Shown one piece after another: positions 41,825-50,967 of a DNA stretch of 64,000 nucleotides (its first letter is position 1; every line of letters starts with the position of its first letter). Source of the DNA: Promethearchaeota archaeon (GTDB lineage: Archaea > Asgardarchaeota > Lokiarchaeia > Sigyniarchaeales > SOKP01); contig JAHPZJ010000030.1 of assembly GCA_019058245.1 (NCBI GenBank), positions 96,001 to 160,000 on the forward strand. Direction: 5' to 3'. A program made the translations under genes and the position numbers. Below the pieces are notes generated by a model. The model searched no databases and was not told where the DNA came from. It was given only the letters and a program-made list of their open reading frames with translations.

Positions 41825-43156
41825 TTAACGCCCCTCCTTTACATTTTTATTTAAAGCTGTCCTTAAAGCTGCCGCATTTGCATGTCCTGTTAGGTCTTCA
41901 GATTTTGCTATTATTTCAGCATGTTCAGATAATCTAAAAGCTGTTTCTTCATTTAAATAGACATAACTAATCCTTTTAATAAAATCATAAACTGATAAAG
42001 CAGATGAAAAGCGAGCTGTGCCATTTGTCGGCATCACATGACTAGGTCCTGCTATATAGTCACCTAAAACTTCAAAGGAGTTTTCTCCTATAAAAATCCC
42101 TCCTGCATTTTCTATTTTATCTAAAACTGTCATAGGCTCTTTAATCATAAGAGATAAATGTTCAGGTGCAAATTCATTTGAAATTTGTATTGATTCTTCT
42201 ATTGAATTTGTTAAAACAATACCACCATTGCTTTGAATTGATTCTTTAATAATAGATTTTCCTTTCAGAGTTATAATTTGCCTTTCTAACTCTTTTTTCA
42301 CAGATGAAATTAAATTTTCAGATGAAGTAACTAAGATAGGAATAGCTAAAATATCGTGTTCTGCTTGTGCTAATAGATCTGAAGCAACTAATGAGGGATT
42401 TGCTGTTTCATCAGCAATTACCAATGCTTCAGTAGGTCCATATATCCCATCAATTCCCACTGTTCCATAAACTTCCTTCTTTGCTAAATTTACATAGATA
42501 TTTCCAGGTCCTACGATTTTATCCACTCTAGGAATTTGTTCCGTTCCAAATGCCATAGCTGCAATAGCTTGAGCTCCACCTATCCTAAAAATTCTTATAT
42601 TGATATCATACTTCTTGATTAACCCAAAAGTTGCGAGGATAATGTTTGGTAAAGTACCTTGCTTATTGGGAGGAGAAGTAAATATTATATTTTTAACTCC
42701 TGCTACTATGGCTGGTATAGTTGCCATTAAAATTGAAGAAAATAGAGGAGCTATTCCTCCTGGAATATATATTCCAACTGTTTCAATAGGTTTTATGATT
42801 TGACCTATTTGACCGCCAAGGTTATAATTCATCCAAGAGATGATAGGTTGAAATTTATGAAAATTATAAATTCTCTCACATGCAATTTCTAAAGCTTTTC
42901 TTAACTTAGGATTAATAGAACTCAGATATTTTTCAAAATCAACATCTAATAATTCAAATTGTTCAATATCTACTTTATCTAACTTTAATGTCCAATCTTT
43001 AAGTGCTGCGTCTTTTCTTTCCTTGACATCTTTTACAATGACTTTTACACTTTCCTCTGGAGTAATATCTTCACTTTTAGACATTTCATTTAAAGTAGTA
43101 AAATATCTATTTAATATAGTATTTCTAGCTTCATCAACTGTATAAGTTTTAATCAT
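41825..43156 (-). CDS. hisD: Histidinol dehydrogenase
   Basis: YIPGG, GGAQAIAA.A.GT, GPGN.YV, DLLAQAEH, APEHL, GDY.AGPSHVMPT. Confidence 0.96.
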   Translation of the reverse strand: MIKTYTVDEARNTILNRYFTTLNEMSKSEDITPEESVKVIVKDVKERKDAALKDWTLKLDKVDIEQFELLDVDFEKYLSSINPKLRKALEIACERIYNFHKFQPIISWMNYNLGGQIGQIIKPIETVGIYIPGGIAPLFSSILMATIPAIVAGVKNIIFTSPPNKQGTLPNIILATFGLIKKYDINIRIFRIGGAQAIAAMAFGTEQIPRVDKIVGPGNIYVNLAKKEVYGTVGIDGIYGPTEALVIADETANPSLVASDLLAQAEHDILAIPILVTSSENLISSVKKELERQIITLKGKSIIKESIQSNGGIVLTNSIEESIQISNEFAPEHLSLMIKEPMTVLDKIENAGGIFIGENSFEVLGDYIAGPSHVMPTNGTARFSSALSVYDFIKRISYVYLNEETAFRLSEHAEIIAKSEDLTGHANAAALRTALNKNVKEGR

Positions 43157-44168
43157 TATACATCCCCAAATTCTTTAATAATTTAATATATCTCAAAGGT
43201 TCTTCCTCAAAAATATAGAGTGTGGGAGCGACAACTACACCACTTCCTCCAATTGCTCTTAAACTTCTTATTGCTTTTTGTAATTTTTCCTTCTCAACTA
43301 TTACATGAATAGCATACATTTTTTCTCCACTTTTTGTAAAGACTGATGAGATTGTAGGTCCTTGAAGGCCTTCAAGTCCCTTTTTAGAAAAGACATTATT
43401 AGCAATTTCCTCTGGGCTTTCTCCTCTCATGTTTACAAAAACTGATACAAAATTTTGAGCTCTTAAAGTAGCTTCAATAAATTCAATCAATTGACGAGCA
43501 ACTTTTAAAACAGTCTCATTTTTTAAAGCAGTTTGATTTCCAATAAGTACCGACTCAGATGTCATTATTTTTCCACCATTAATTCTTTTTAAACGATTAT
43601 CCTTTAAAGTTTGTCCTGTTGATACAAGATCAACTATGATATCACTATAACCTAGCTCAGGATATACCTCAATAGAGCCATTACCTTTAATTAACTCATA
43701 CTCAATATCAAGGGAACTCAAAAACTGTTTAGTAAGTTTTGTAAATTTAGTAGCGACTCTAAGTGATTTCTTATTTATCTTTATCTCTTCAATTGATTCT
43801 TCTGTCCAATCTTCAGGAACTGCTATTTCAAGGCTGCATTTTCCAAAATTTAATGCATTGTGCATAATTACTAACTCATTTTCATTTAAAGGTGTATATT
43901 CAAGCACTAGATCATAACCAACTATACCCATTTCTAAAGACCCATTCAACACGCCTCTAACAATATCTACTTGTCGTTGATAAACCAATTGAAGATTAAT
44001 GAGTCCTTGGATTGATCCGATATATTGTCTATTGTTTCTTTGTATATTAAAGCCGCAACTTCTTAAAAATTCTTGAGTTTCGATTTCCATTCTTCCCTTC
44101 GAAGGAATTGCTAATCTTACTTGACGAGATTTATATTTTGGAAATATTTTTTGTAGATCTTCTTTCAT
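43149..44168 (-). CDS. hisG: ATP phosphoribosyltransferase, long form
   Basis: [34 protein letters not shown]; C-terminal regulatory domain. Confidence 0.96.
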   Translation of the reverse strand: MKEDLQKIFPKYKSRQVRLAIPSKGRMEIETQEFLRSCGFNIQRNNRQYIGSIQGLINLQLVYQRQVDIVRGVLNGSLEMGIVGYDLVLEYTPLNENELVIMHNALNFGKCSLEIAVPEDWTEESIEEIKINKKSLRVATKFTKLTKQFLSSLDIEYELIKGNGSIEVYPELGYSDIIVDLVSTGQTLKDNRLKRINGGKIMTSESVLIGNQTALKNETVLKVARQLIEFIEATLRAQNFVSVFVNMRGESPEEIANNVFSKKGLEGLQGPTISSVFTKSGEKMYAIHVIVEKEKLQKAIRSLRAIGGSGVVVAPTLYIFEEEPLRYIKLLKNLGMYND

Positions 44169-45073
44169 CTATTTCTCCTCCTTAATTCGGTGATTATTTC
44201 TTCAGGTTTAATTTTTTTGGTAGCCATTAATACAAGAATAAAATAAGTTACGTCAGCTATTTCCCAAATTAAGTTGTCCCTATCGGTATAATTTATCACT
44301 TCGGTACACTCTTCCTCAATTTTAGACATTAATAATTCATTATTTTCTGCAAGTTTTTTACTATAAGATTCATTTACACTATAATTTTCAATTCTATCAA
44401 TTATTAAATCATAGAGAAATTTTATAGAAAATTTCTGATCCTGAAAACAAGAATAAGAACCTTTATGACAAGCAAAACCTTTTTGTTTTACTCTAAATAA
44501 TAAAGTATCTGCATCACAATCGTATAAAATTTTCTTTATAATTTGATAATTCCCTGATTCTTCGCCTTTTATCCATAGTCGGTTTCTTGATCTGCTGAAG
44601 TAAGTTGATCTTCTAGTTTTGATTGTTTGTTTCAAAGACTCTTTTGATGAATATGCGAGCATTAGAACATTATCATCGAGATCTTGAACTATTGTTGGAA
44701 TCAATCCATTTCCTTTATCAAAATCTAAAATATTAAACAAAATATTATCTATCAATGAATAATCTTTAATTGAGTTAAAACTTAAAATTTCATCATTTTT
44801 ATGAGATTGTGGATTATATTTTATCATTCCCTTTTCTGTTATTAAATCATTCAATTCTTTTTGATTAATTTCTGAATCATTCCATATTTTAACCTTTTTA
44901 GAAACTCTCTTAAGCATATCACTCTTTATCAGTGCAATAAGACTTTCCTTACTAGCTTCAAGAACAAGAATCATAAACAGATCCCAATTTCGTTTTATAT
45001 ATACTCCATCTATAAACTCTTTTAAGCTTCCAAGCGTTTTCATATCCTTCATATTAATTTTTAATATTATCAT
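44165..45073 (-). CDS. hisIE: Bifunctional PR-AMP cyclohydrolase / PR-ATP pyrophosphatase with about 110-aa N-terminal extension
   Basis: [32 protein letters not shown]; KIEEE..E, WEIAD. Confidence 0.93.
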   Translation of the reverse strand: MIILKINMKDMKTLGSLKEFIDGVYIKRNWDLFMILVLEASKESLIALIKSDMLKRVSKKVKIWNDSEINQKELNDLITEKGMIKYNPQSHKNDEILSFNSIKDYSLIDNILFNILDFDKGNGLIPTIVQDLDDNVLMLAYSSKESLKQTIKTRRSTYFSRSRNRLWIKGEESGNYQIIKKILYDCDADTLLFRVKQKGFACHKGSYSCFQDQKFSIKFLYDLIIDRIENYSVNESYSKKLAENNELLMSKIEEECTEVINYTDRDNLIWEIADVTYFILVLMATKKIKPEEIITELRRRNR

Positions 45074-45079
45074 AATTAT

Positions 45080-45167
45080 TCCCCCAAACTAAAATTGAAT
45101 TTAGTTTGATTTAAATCCGATGAATAAAAGATACCTTATACTATATTAATTCATCGGAATTATTCAT
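45080..45167 (-). promoter_or_regulatory. Putative his attenuator RNA structures
   Basis: 10-bp inverted repeat TCCGATGAAT (45116-45125 / 45149-45158); competing 8-bp pairing 45120-45127 / 45160-45167; 9-bp hairpin 45085-45093 / 45100-45108 touching the GGGGGA SD (45080-45085) of hisIE. Confidence 0.65.
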
Positions 45168-45324
45168 GATGTAGCCAATGATGCAAGTATGAATTACGGG
45201 TTTTAAAACAATCACCTCTCACATCATTCGATTTAATAACAAGATTGTTATTAAAGTTATTTATAATAAAGAAACTCAATTTAGAAAGACATTGGTTAAG
45301 AACATTTTTTCTATTAAAATCCAT
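45160..45324 (-). CDS. Putative histidine leader peptide (54 aa; 20 aa if started at GTG 45222)
   Basis: MDFNRKNVLNQCLSKLSFFIINNFNNNLVIKSNDVRGDCFKTRNSYLHHWLHHE*; all four His codons at 45166-45183; stop 86 nt upstream of hisIE; AAGTGA before the ATG. Confidence 0.75.
   Translation of the reverse strand: MDFNRKNVLNQCLSKLSFFIINNFNNNLVIKSNDVRGDCFKTRNSYLHHWLHHE
45232..45255. repeat. 24-bp near-perfect palindrome in the his upstream region
   Basis: TTTAATAACAA-GA-TTGTTATTAAA. Confidence 0.7.
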
Positions 45325-45571
45325 ACCAAATTCACTTTTATTGAGTTCTTTTTATCAAAGCCAGAGTTATTCGGCTTATATCAATTTATTATATAATTTA
45401 TGGAAAAGAACCTAAAAAAGTTTTCTATTATTTAGTTCTAAAAAAATCAAGGTTTTGTTTGATCTTGTTAAATTTTTTCAATTCTCAAGCAGAAATATAA
45501 ATTTTAACATATAAAAGGATCTAATAAAATAAAATCTTATTTCAATAAGGGAAATTATAAGAACTGTAAAC

Positions 45572-46009
45572 TTAGATTCTCATTTTATATAATTCTTTAT
45601 CTGGAATATAACTCATCATAATTAAATCGTCTCGGATTTCCCATCCTAAATTCTGATAAAATTCAACGACATTTTTATTGTATTTTTCGATAAATAAATG
45701 GATTTTATGTACTCGTAATTCACGAAATTTCTCGATTAATGCATCCATTATTTTTTTCCCATATCCCTTTTTTTGATAATCTGGATCTACAGCAAGATGA
45801 TGGACATAACCTCTCCTTCCATCGAACCCTCCAATCACAACGCTAATTATTTTATTGTTAATCTTTCCAATTAAGAAAAGATCAGGATTACGTTGAAGCA
45901 TTTTGTTAATTTCTTCTAATATATCAGAAGAGCCTACATTGATTCCAGCTTTTCTCCAGAGTGCCACAATTTCCTCATAATAATCTATAGTAAATTTTTC
46001 AATCTTCAT
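45572..46009 (-). CDS. GNAT family acetyltransferase (YpeA-like)
   Basis: GGFDGRRGYVHHLAVDPDYQKKGYG, N..V..FY..LG. Confidence 0.9.
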   Translation of the reverse strand: MKIEKFTIDYYEEIVALWRKAGINVGSSDILEEINKMLQRNPDLFLIGKINNKIISVVIGGFDGRRGYVHHLAVDPDYQKKGYGKKIMDALIEKFRELRVHKIHLFIEKYNKNVVEFYQNLGWEIRDDLIMMSYIPDKELYKMRI

Positions 46010-46204
46010 TTTGAATAATATTGGGTGTTAGTTTTTAGTTAATTTATCAAATTAAATTTATGATTTAAAACATTTTAAAGAAGGTTTTTCACAAAATATT
46101 TGGCAAATAAGAGAATCATCCAAGAAAAAAAAAAATCAACCTTTATTAATTTCTTGAACTATCTTACAATATAACAAATTTAATAAAAAAAACTGGTGTA
46201 ATAA

Positions 46205-47878
46205 ATGAGTGATGATTTAAAAGCAATTAAAGAAATCTCAAAACTTACAGGAAAGGAATTAAAAAAAATTCACGACGATTTTTATGAACGTAATTTAGAT
46301 AATGCTGAATTTGTTTATTATCTTCAAGAAGATAATGTAATATATATAGGTATTAATTTCTATTATTTAGATTTGTCTGAGAAAGATCTACAAAAAGTAT
46401 ATGACTCTGTGAGCAATCTTAAATCTCTAAAGGGTTTAAGTCTTAAATATAAAGTGATTGATAAAGTTCCAGATTTTATTAGAAATTTCAAAGATTTAGA
46501 ATCATTAAACCTTTCGGACAACCATTTAAAATCATTACCTGAATGGATGGGAGAGCTTAAAAATTTGAACATTCTTAATCTAGAATCTAATGAATTAGCA
46601 TCTATACCTGATTGGATGAAGGAACTTAACAACTTATCTCATCTTAATGTGCAAAATAATAATTTGAATTTTTTACCAGAATGGTTAGGAAATTTAGAGA
46701 ATCTAAAAACCTTGAAAGTGGTATTTAATAATCTTGAATGGAATGATATGAGTCTCAATGTATTAAAAAGTGTTTTTAAAAGAGGAGGTACCATATTCGC
46801 ACCAAATATACTTCAGTTTCAAGCAATACATGATCTCCCTAAAGAAAAGATTGAGATCATACGTGAAATTGAAAAAGATACCATTGAAGATGAAAAAAAG
46901 GGTAGGATATCTAGGTTACCAATAAAAGTAGAAGATGGCAAAGTTACGGAGTGGAAATTTGTTGGGTATGGCATTAAATCCTTACCAGAGAATTTTGGAA
47001 TTTTTAATAATCTAAAATCATTGATAATTTCGCGTAATCAAATCGAAGCGTTGCCAGAGTCTTTTGGAGAATTAAAAGATTTAGAGTTTCTCGATTTATC
47101 TAGTAATAAATTAACTACTTTGCCAGAATCTTTTGTTAATTTAACGTCGATTAATAATCTTAATCTTAATAATAACCAATTTATTGAGATCCCTACACAA
47201 TTATGGGCACTTAAAGAACTTACTGATTTAGATTTATCCAACAATCCTCTTAATCCTGAAGAAATGGTTGTTTCACAAAAAGTTCCAGATTTAATTAGAG
47301 AATACCTTAGAGTGAAAGCTACAATAATAGTTTTTATATCTCACGCAGTTCTCGATTTTGAGCCTTATCGCATAGAAGAGCTTGTAAAATACTTGGAAAA
47401 ACAAAAAGAAATATCTCAAGTATTTTTTTGTGAGTCAGATCTTGCTGGTAATATTGATGAGTGGATGCTAAATGCTGTGCAAAAGAGTCAACTAATTTTA
47501 TTTATTGGAACTAATAAATCAGTTTTTAATTCCGTAGATTGTACCAATGAACTGCAACTCGCTGATAAATTCTCTATTCCAGTCATTCCCCTAAAAGGTA
47601 AAGATATAAACTGGCCAGATTTAGCGGATATAAACCTTTCTCGGGAATTAGGATTAGAATATGATATTGATAACTTCGACCAATTTTGCTCTGATGTATA
47701 CAAGTACATAGAAAATTTCAAGCGGGAAATAAACCTAATGGAAAAAGAGGAACGTCGATTAGGTATTATAGATATTTATGAACGATTTCGGTTAATTTTA
47801 GATGATAGTCTAAGTGATATCAAAAGAAAATTGGATGAATTAGAAAAGAGAATTGCTCAACTTGAAACCAAGAATTAA
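46205..47878 (+). CDS. Leucine-rich repeat protein with C-terminal TIR domain and coiled coil
   Basis: Two blocks of 23-aa LRRs (LxLxxNxLxxLPExxGxLxxL); VFISHA..., S..C.NELQLA, IPVIPL (TIR); terminal heptads. Confidence 0.88.
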   Translation: MSDDLKAIKEISKLTGKELKKIHDDFYERNLDNAEFVYYLQEDNVIYIGINFYYLDLSEKDLQKVYDSVSNLKSLKGLSLKYKVIDKVPDFIRNFKDLESLNLSDNHLKSLPEWMGELKNLNILNLESNELASIPDWMKELNNLSHLNVQNNNLNFLPEWLGNLENLKTLKVVFNNLEWNDMSLNVLKSVFKRGGTIFAPNILQFQAIHDLPKEKIEIIREIEKDTIEDEKKGRISRLPIKVEDGKVTEWKFVGYGIKSLPENFGIFNNLKSLIISRNQIEALPESFGELKDLEFLDLSSNKLTTLPESFVNLTSINNLNLNNNQFIEIPTQLWALKELTDLDLSNNPLNPEEMVVSQKVPDLIREYLRVKATIIVFISHAVLDFEPYRIEELVKYLEKQKEISQVFFCESDLAGNIDEWMLNAVQKSQLILFIGTNKSVFNSVDCTNELQLADKFSIPVIPLKGKDINWPDLADINLSRELGLEYDIDNFDQFCSDVYKYIENFKREINLMEKEERRLGIIDIYERFRLILDDSLSDIKRKLDELEKRIAQLETKN

Positions 47879-47925
47879 GTGATTTCTATTATTTTTTTTT
47901 TTGAAATAAATCATTATTAAAATGA

Positions 47926-50013
47926 TCAACTGACAAATTGCATGTCTATTGATAACCTACTTATCCTTTTTCTAATTTCTGTCTTATCCTCTATAATTTT
48001 CTTAATATAACTAGAGATTTCCTTTCTTTTACCCTTATCAGTAGGAATTGGTAAAACTATATCCATGACACGATTTCCTATAGTAGCGATTGTACCTTGT
48101 ACAAATGTAATTGCTTGAATTTGTTTTTGAACTACGTCTAAATTCAATAAATATAGAAGTAAATAAGAATCAATATTTTCTTCATTTTCTATTGCTTTTA
48201 TCTGGAAAATATGACTTTGGATTATTATCTGTGTATCTAACTCAGTAACGTAGGCAGTTTTTCCTATTAAATTAGGACCACCGTCCTTAACCAAAAGTAT
48301 ATCTCCAACTTCAATATTTTGTTTCTCTTTATATTGGTTGTACACTTCTATACTAGTCTTCTTATATGAATCTAGATTTATTTCCCAATTATTTAATTCA
48401 CTTGTCCGAATAAAAGGGATATCACCTAAACCATATACATTTGAACCTATTTCATCTCCTCGCGGGAGATATCTCCCTCTATTTGAATAAATGATATTTT
48501 TATCAATTAGATCTTTTATAGTTAGAAGAATAAAGTTCTGATCATCTGAAAGCTTTTTTAAAGTTTTCTCAACTCCAATATAGTAGAGGGGGATGAAAAC
48601 CTTATTCTTTATTTGACTAAATTTTATTTTAAAGATTTTTTGGTCTTTTAAATGATTAAATTCTTCAGATTCTTTTATTTTTATATATAATTTTGAAAGA
48701 TCGTCATTAACTATTGGATTTCCAATAGAATCTAATTTATAGCTTCCATCTTTATTCAATTTGTATAGAACTTTTCCATCTTTATCGTGTCCAACGTTTT
48801 CTACAATTGCAAAATCAATTATGTAATCTTCTGGAATTTGATTTAATTTTTGAAAAAATAGAATACTTGTTTTGTTACATGTGTAAGGTTGGAATGTATT
48901 TTGATCTAAGGAAATTATCCCTAGAATTTTGCCATGAGAAGTTAAAAATTCCCATATATAGCGATCTGTTATGTTTCCAAATATCCCTTCTGGTAAAACA
49001 ATCCCCAGTTTACCACCATTCTTGAGTAATTGAACACATCTTTCAATAAATAAAATTTGGGGAGGTTGTTGCTTTACTAGGTTTTTTTGCATTTCCCATT
49101 TATCATTGATGTTTTTCCAAACATGTGCTAATTGATAATTCTTTAAAATATTTTTATCAGTTATAGGGATTTTAACTCCAAACGGAGGATTAGTAAAGAT
49201 ATAATCAAAACCATCATTCTTTATCAATTCCTTTGCTGGAGATCTATAACTTTTTGGATCTAATGAGTCTTCGCAAAATATTTTTGCTTTTCCATTACTT
49301 AGTATTTCTAAATATAATTTACTTATTTTAGCTAAAAAAAGATCCTTATCAATGCCATATAAATTCGAAATATAGTCAATTCTTTTTTCCTTCGATTTTA
49401 TATTTGACCAGATAAGATCTTTAGTTTCAAGAAGAAAACCACCATGACCACAGGCAGGATCTAAAACTTTTGATTCATAAGGAGGATTTAAATAATTAAC
49501 CATGAAATTTACGACATTGGGAGGTGTAAAAAACTGTCCTCCCTCATCTTTTAAGATTTTGCTAACAAAAATTTCGAACGCATCACTTAAAATATCTTTA
49601 GATGATCGAAGAAGTGAAATCTCCTGTAATTCTTTAACAACCATATAAACAAGTTCTTTTGTTAACGTTATTTGCTCATTTTGATTCATAACATCGTTAA
49701 ATTTTTCTCTTACATTCTCATTGAAAAAAATTTCAATTCTTTTAAGTAAGTCTTGATTAGATTCTCCAACTTTTAAGCAAAATTCTACTTCCTCTTCATC
49801 TTCTTTAGACATTTCATCAACTAATTTACAAAGTAAGAGATTTACTATTTGCTTGGATCTAGCTCTAGTATCTGTATCGGTATATTTTAATTTTCCATAT
49901 AGATGCTGATTAATTGATGTAAATACCTGTTTTAAATTAGTTGTTTTCTTTAAATCTTTTTTCCTTATAATACTAGATTTTTTCTCTAAAAAATTAGTAA
50001 TATTAATTGGCAT
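47926..50013 (-). CDS. N6-adenine DNA methyltransferase (HsdM-like) fused to an HsdS-like target recognition domain
   Basis: GQFFTP, VLDPACGHGGFL, NPPF, LFIER, IVLPEG; C-terminal IPFIRTS, GDILL..DG, YLL..LN. Confidence 0.9.
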   Translation of the reverse strand: MPINITNFLEKKSSIIRKKDLKKTTNLKQVFTSINQHLYGKLKYTDTDTRARSKQIVNLLLCKLVDEMSKEDEEEVEFCLKVGESNQDLLKRIEIFFNENVREKFNDVMNQNEQITLTKELVYMVVKELQEISLLRSSKDILSDAFEIFVSKILKDEGGQFFTPPNVVNFMVNYLNPPYESKVLDPACGHGGFLLETKDLIWSNIKSKEKRIDYISNLYGIDKDLFLAKISKLYLEILSNGKAKIFCEDSLDPKSYRSPAKELIKNDGFDYIFTNPPFGVKIPITDKNILKNYQLAHVWKNINDKWEMQKNLVKQQPPQILFIERCVQLLKNGGKLGIVLPEGIFGNITDRYIWEFLTSHGKILGIISLDQNTFQPYTCNKTSILFFQKLNQIPEDYIIDFAIVENVGHDKDGKVLYKLNKDGSYKLDSIGNPIVNDDLSKLYIKIKESEEFNHLKDQKIFKIKFSQIKNKVFIPLYYIGVEKTLKKLSDDQNFILLTIKDLIDKNIIYSNRGRYLPRGDEIGSNVYGLGDIPFIRTSELNNWEINLDSYKKTSIEVYNQYKEKQNIEVGDILLVKDGGPNLIGKTAYVTELDTQIIIQSHIFQIKAIENEENIDSYLLLYLLNLDVVQKQIQAITFVQGTIATIGNRVMDIVLPIPTDKGKRKEISSYIKKIIEDKTEIRKRISRLSIDMQFVS

Positions 50014-50347
50014 TTACTATTATCCAAATACTTATATGCTTTCTTTCAAGTAATATTTCTCTATAATTCATTTATAATTAATCAAATTATTATTATTTTT
50101 TATTAATTGAAAATTAAAGCAATTTTTATCTTTGAATAATAGATACTATAGAGATTTTATTGTTTTTTTAATTGTAAAGAAAATTAAAATTACACAACAT
50201 TAAAAACTAAACTTCGTTTATAACACATAGTTGTCTATAGATAACGTAACATAGATAAACTGCAATTAAGGAAAACAAAAGAATTTAACTATAAAAAAGA
50301 AAAAAAAAGCTATACAGTGAAAAAAGCTGAAAAATGGGTGAGTATAT

Positions 50348-50629
50348 TTGCCTAAAGGAGATGATTCAAAAGTTTATATCGGCAGAAAGAAATCAATGAG
50401 CTATGTTATGGCTGCTATGGTGGTATTGAATGATAAACCAGTTACTTTATTAGCGCGAGGGCGTTCTATTTCTCGTGCTGTGGATGTAGCTGAAATTTTA
50501 ATTAACAAGTTTATTTCTGGGTCGAGTTATGGCGAAATAAAAATCGATACAGAGACAATTACAAATACCGATGGCACTAATAGCAATGTCTCTTCAATAG
50601 AGATTGAAATTCTTCCGCCAAAGAGGTAA
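50348..50629 (+). CDS. albA: DNA/RNA-binding protein Alba
   Basis: VYIGRK..MSYV.A, ARGRSISRAVDVAE, NVSSIEI; TTG start with GGGTGA SD. Confidence 0.95.
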   Translation: MPKGDDSKVYIGRKKSMSYVMAAMVVLNDKPVTLLARGRSISRAVDVAEILINKFISGSSYGEIKIDTETITNTDGTNSNVSSIEIEILPPKR

Positions 50630-50654
50630 GTAAGAAAACTATAAAATTTAACAG

Positions 50655-50689
50655 GAGAAAATCAGGAGACTTTCTCGCTTCTTTTTTTT
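50655..50689 (+). terminator. Hairpin plus oligo-T terminator after alba
   Basis: GAGAAA..TTTCTC followed by GCTTCTTTTTTTT. Confidence 0.5.
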
Positions 50690-50705
50690 ATTTTTTGAAA
50701 ACGCA

Positions 50706-50873
50706 TTATTTTGAAATAAATTTATAGTGGTTTTCATCAATCACAGGACGATACCCTATTTTTTGATATATACTATTAGAGGTTGGATTACTTAAATCAG
50801 TATCTTTTTTAAGCAAAAAAGGAAATACCAGATCATAGAATTTTTCAACAACTTCATAGCATCGTGCTTTCAT
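50706..50873 (-). pseudogene. Internally deleted GNAT (FR47-like) acetyltransferase remnant, 55-aa in-frame minigene
   Basis: MKARCYEVVEKFYDLVFPFLLKK-DTDLSNPTSNSIYQKIGYRPVIDENHYKFISK*; second half is the typical family C-terminus. Confidence 0.7.
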
Positions 50874-50967
50874 ATTTTTTCAAAGAAGTGTGATAATATC
50901 TTAACTAATTAAATCTTATTAAAAACCTAGTAAAAAATATAAATAATTAAATGCACTCTTCACATAG

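Noticed and set aside
45141-45215. Alternative minus-strand frame VIVLKPVIHTCIIGYIMNNSDELI in the his leader region
   Set aside because: Its GTG lies inside the SD-like GAGGTGA and it has only one His; the HHWLHH frame explains the region better.
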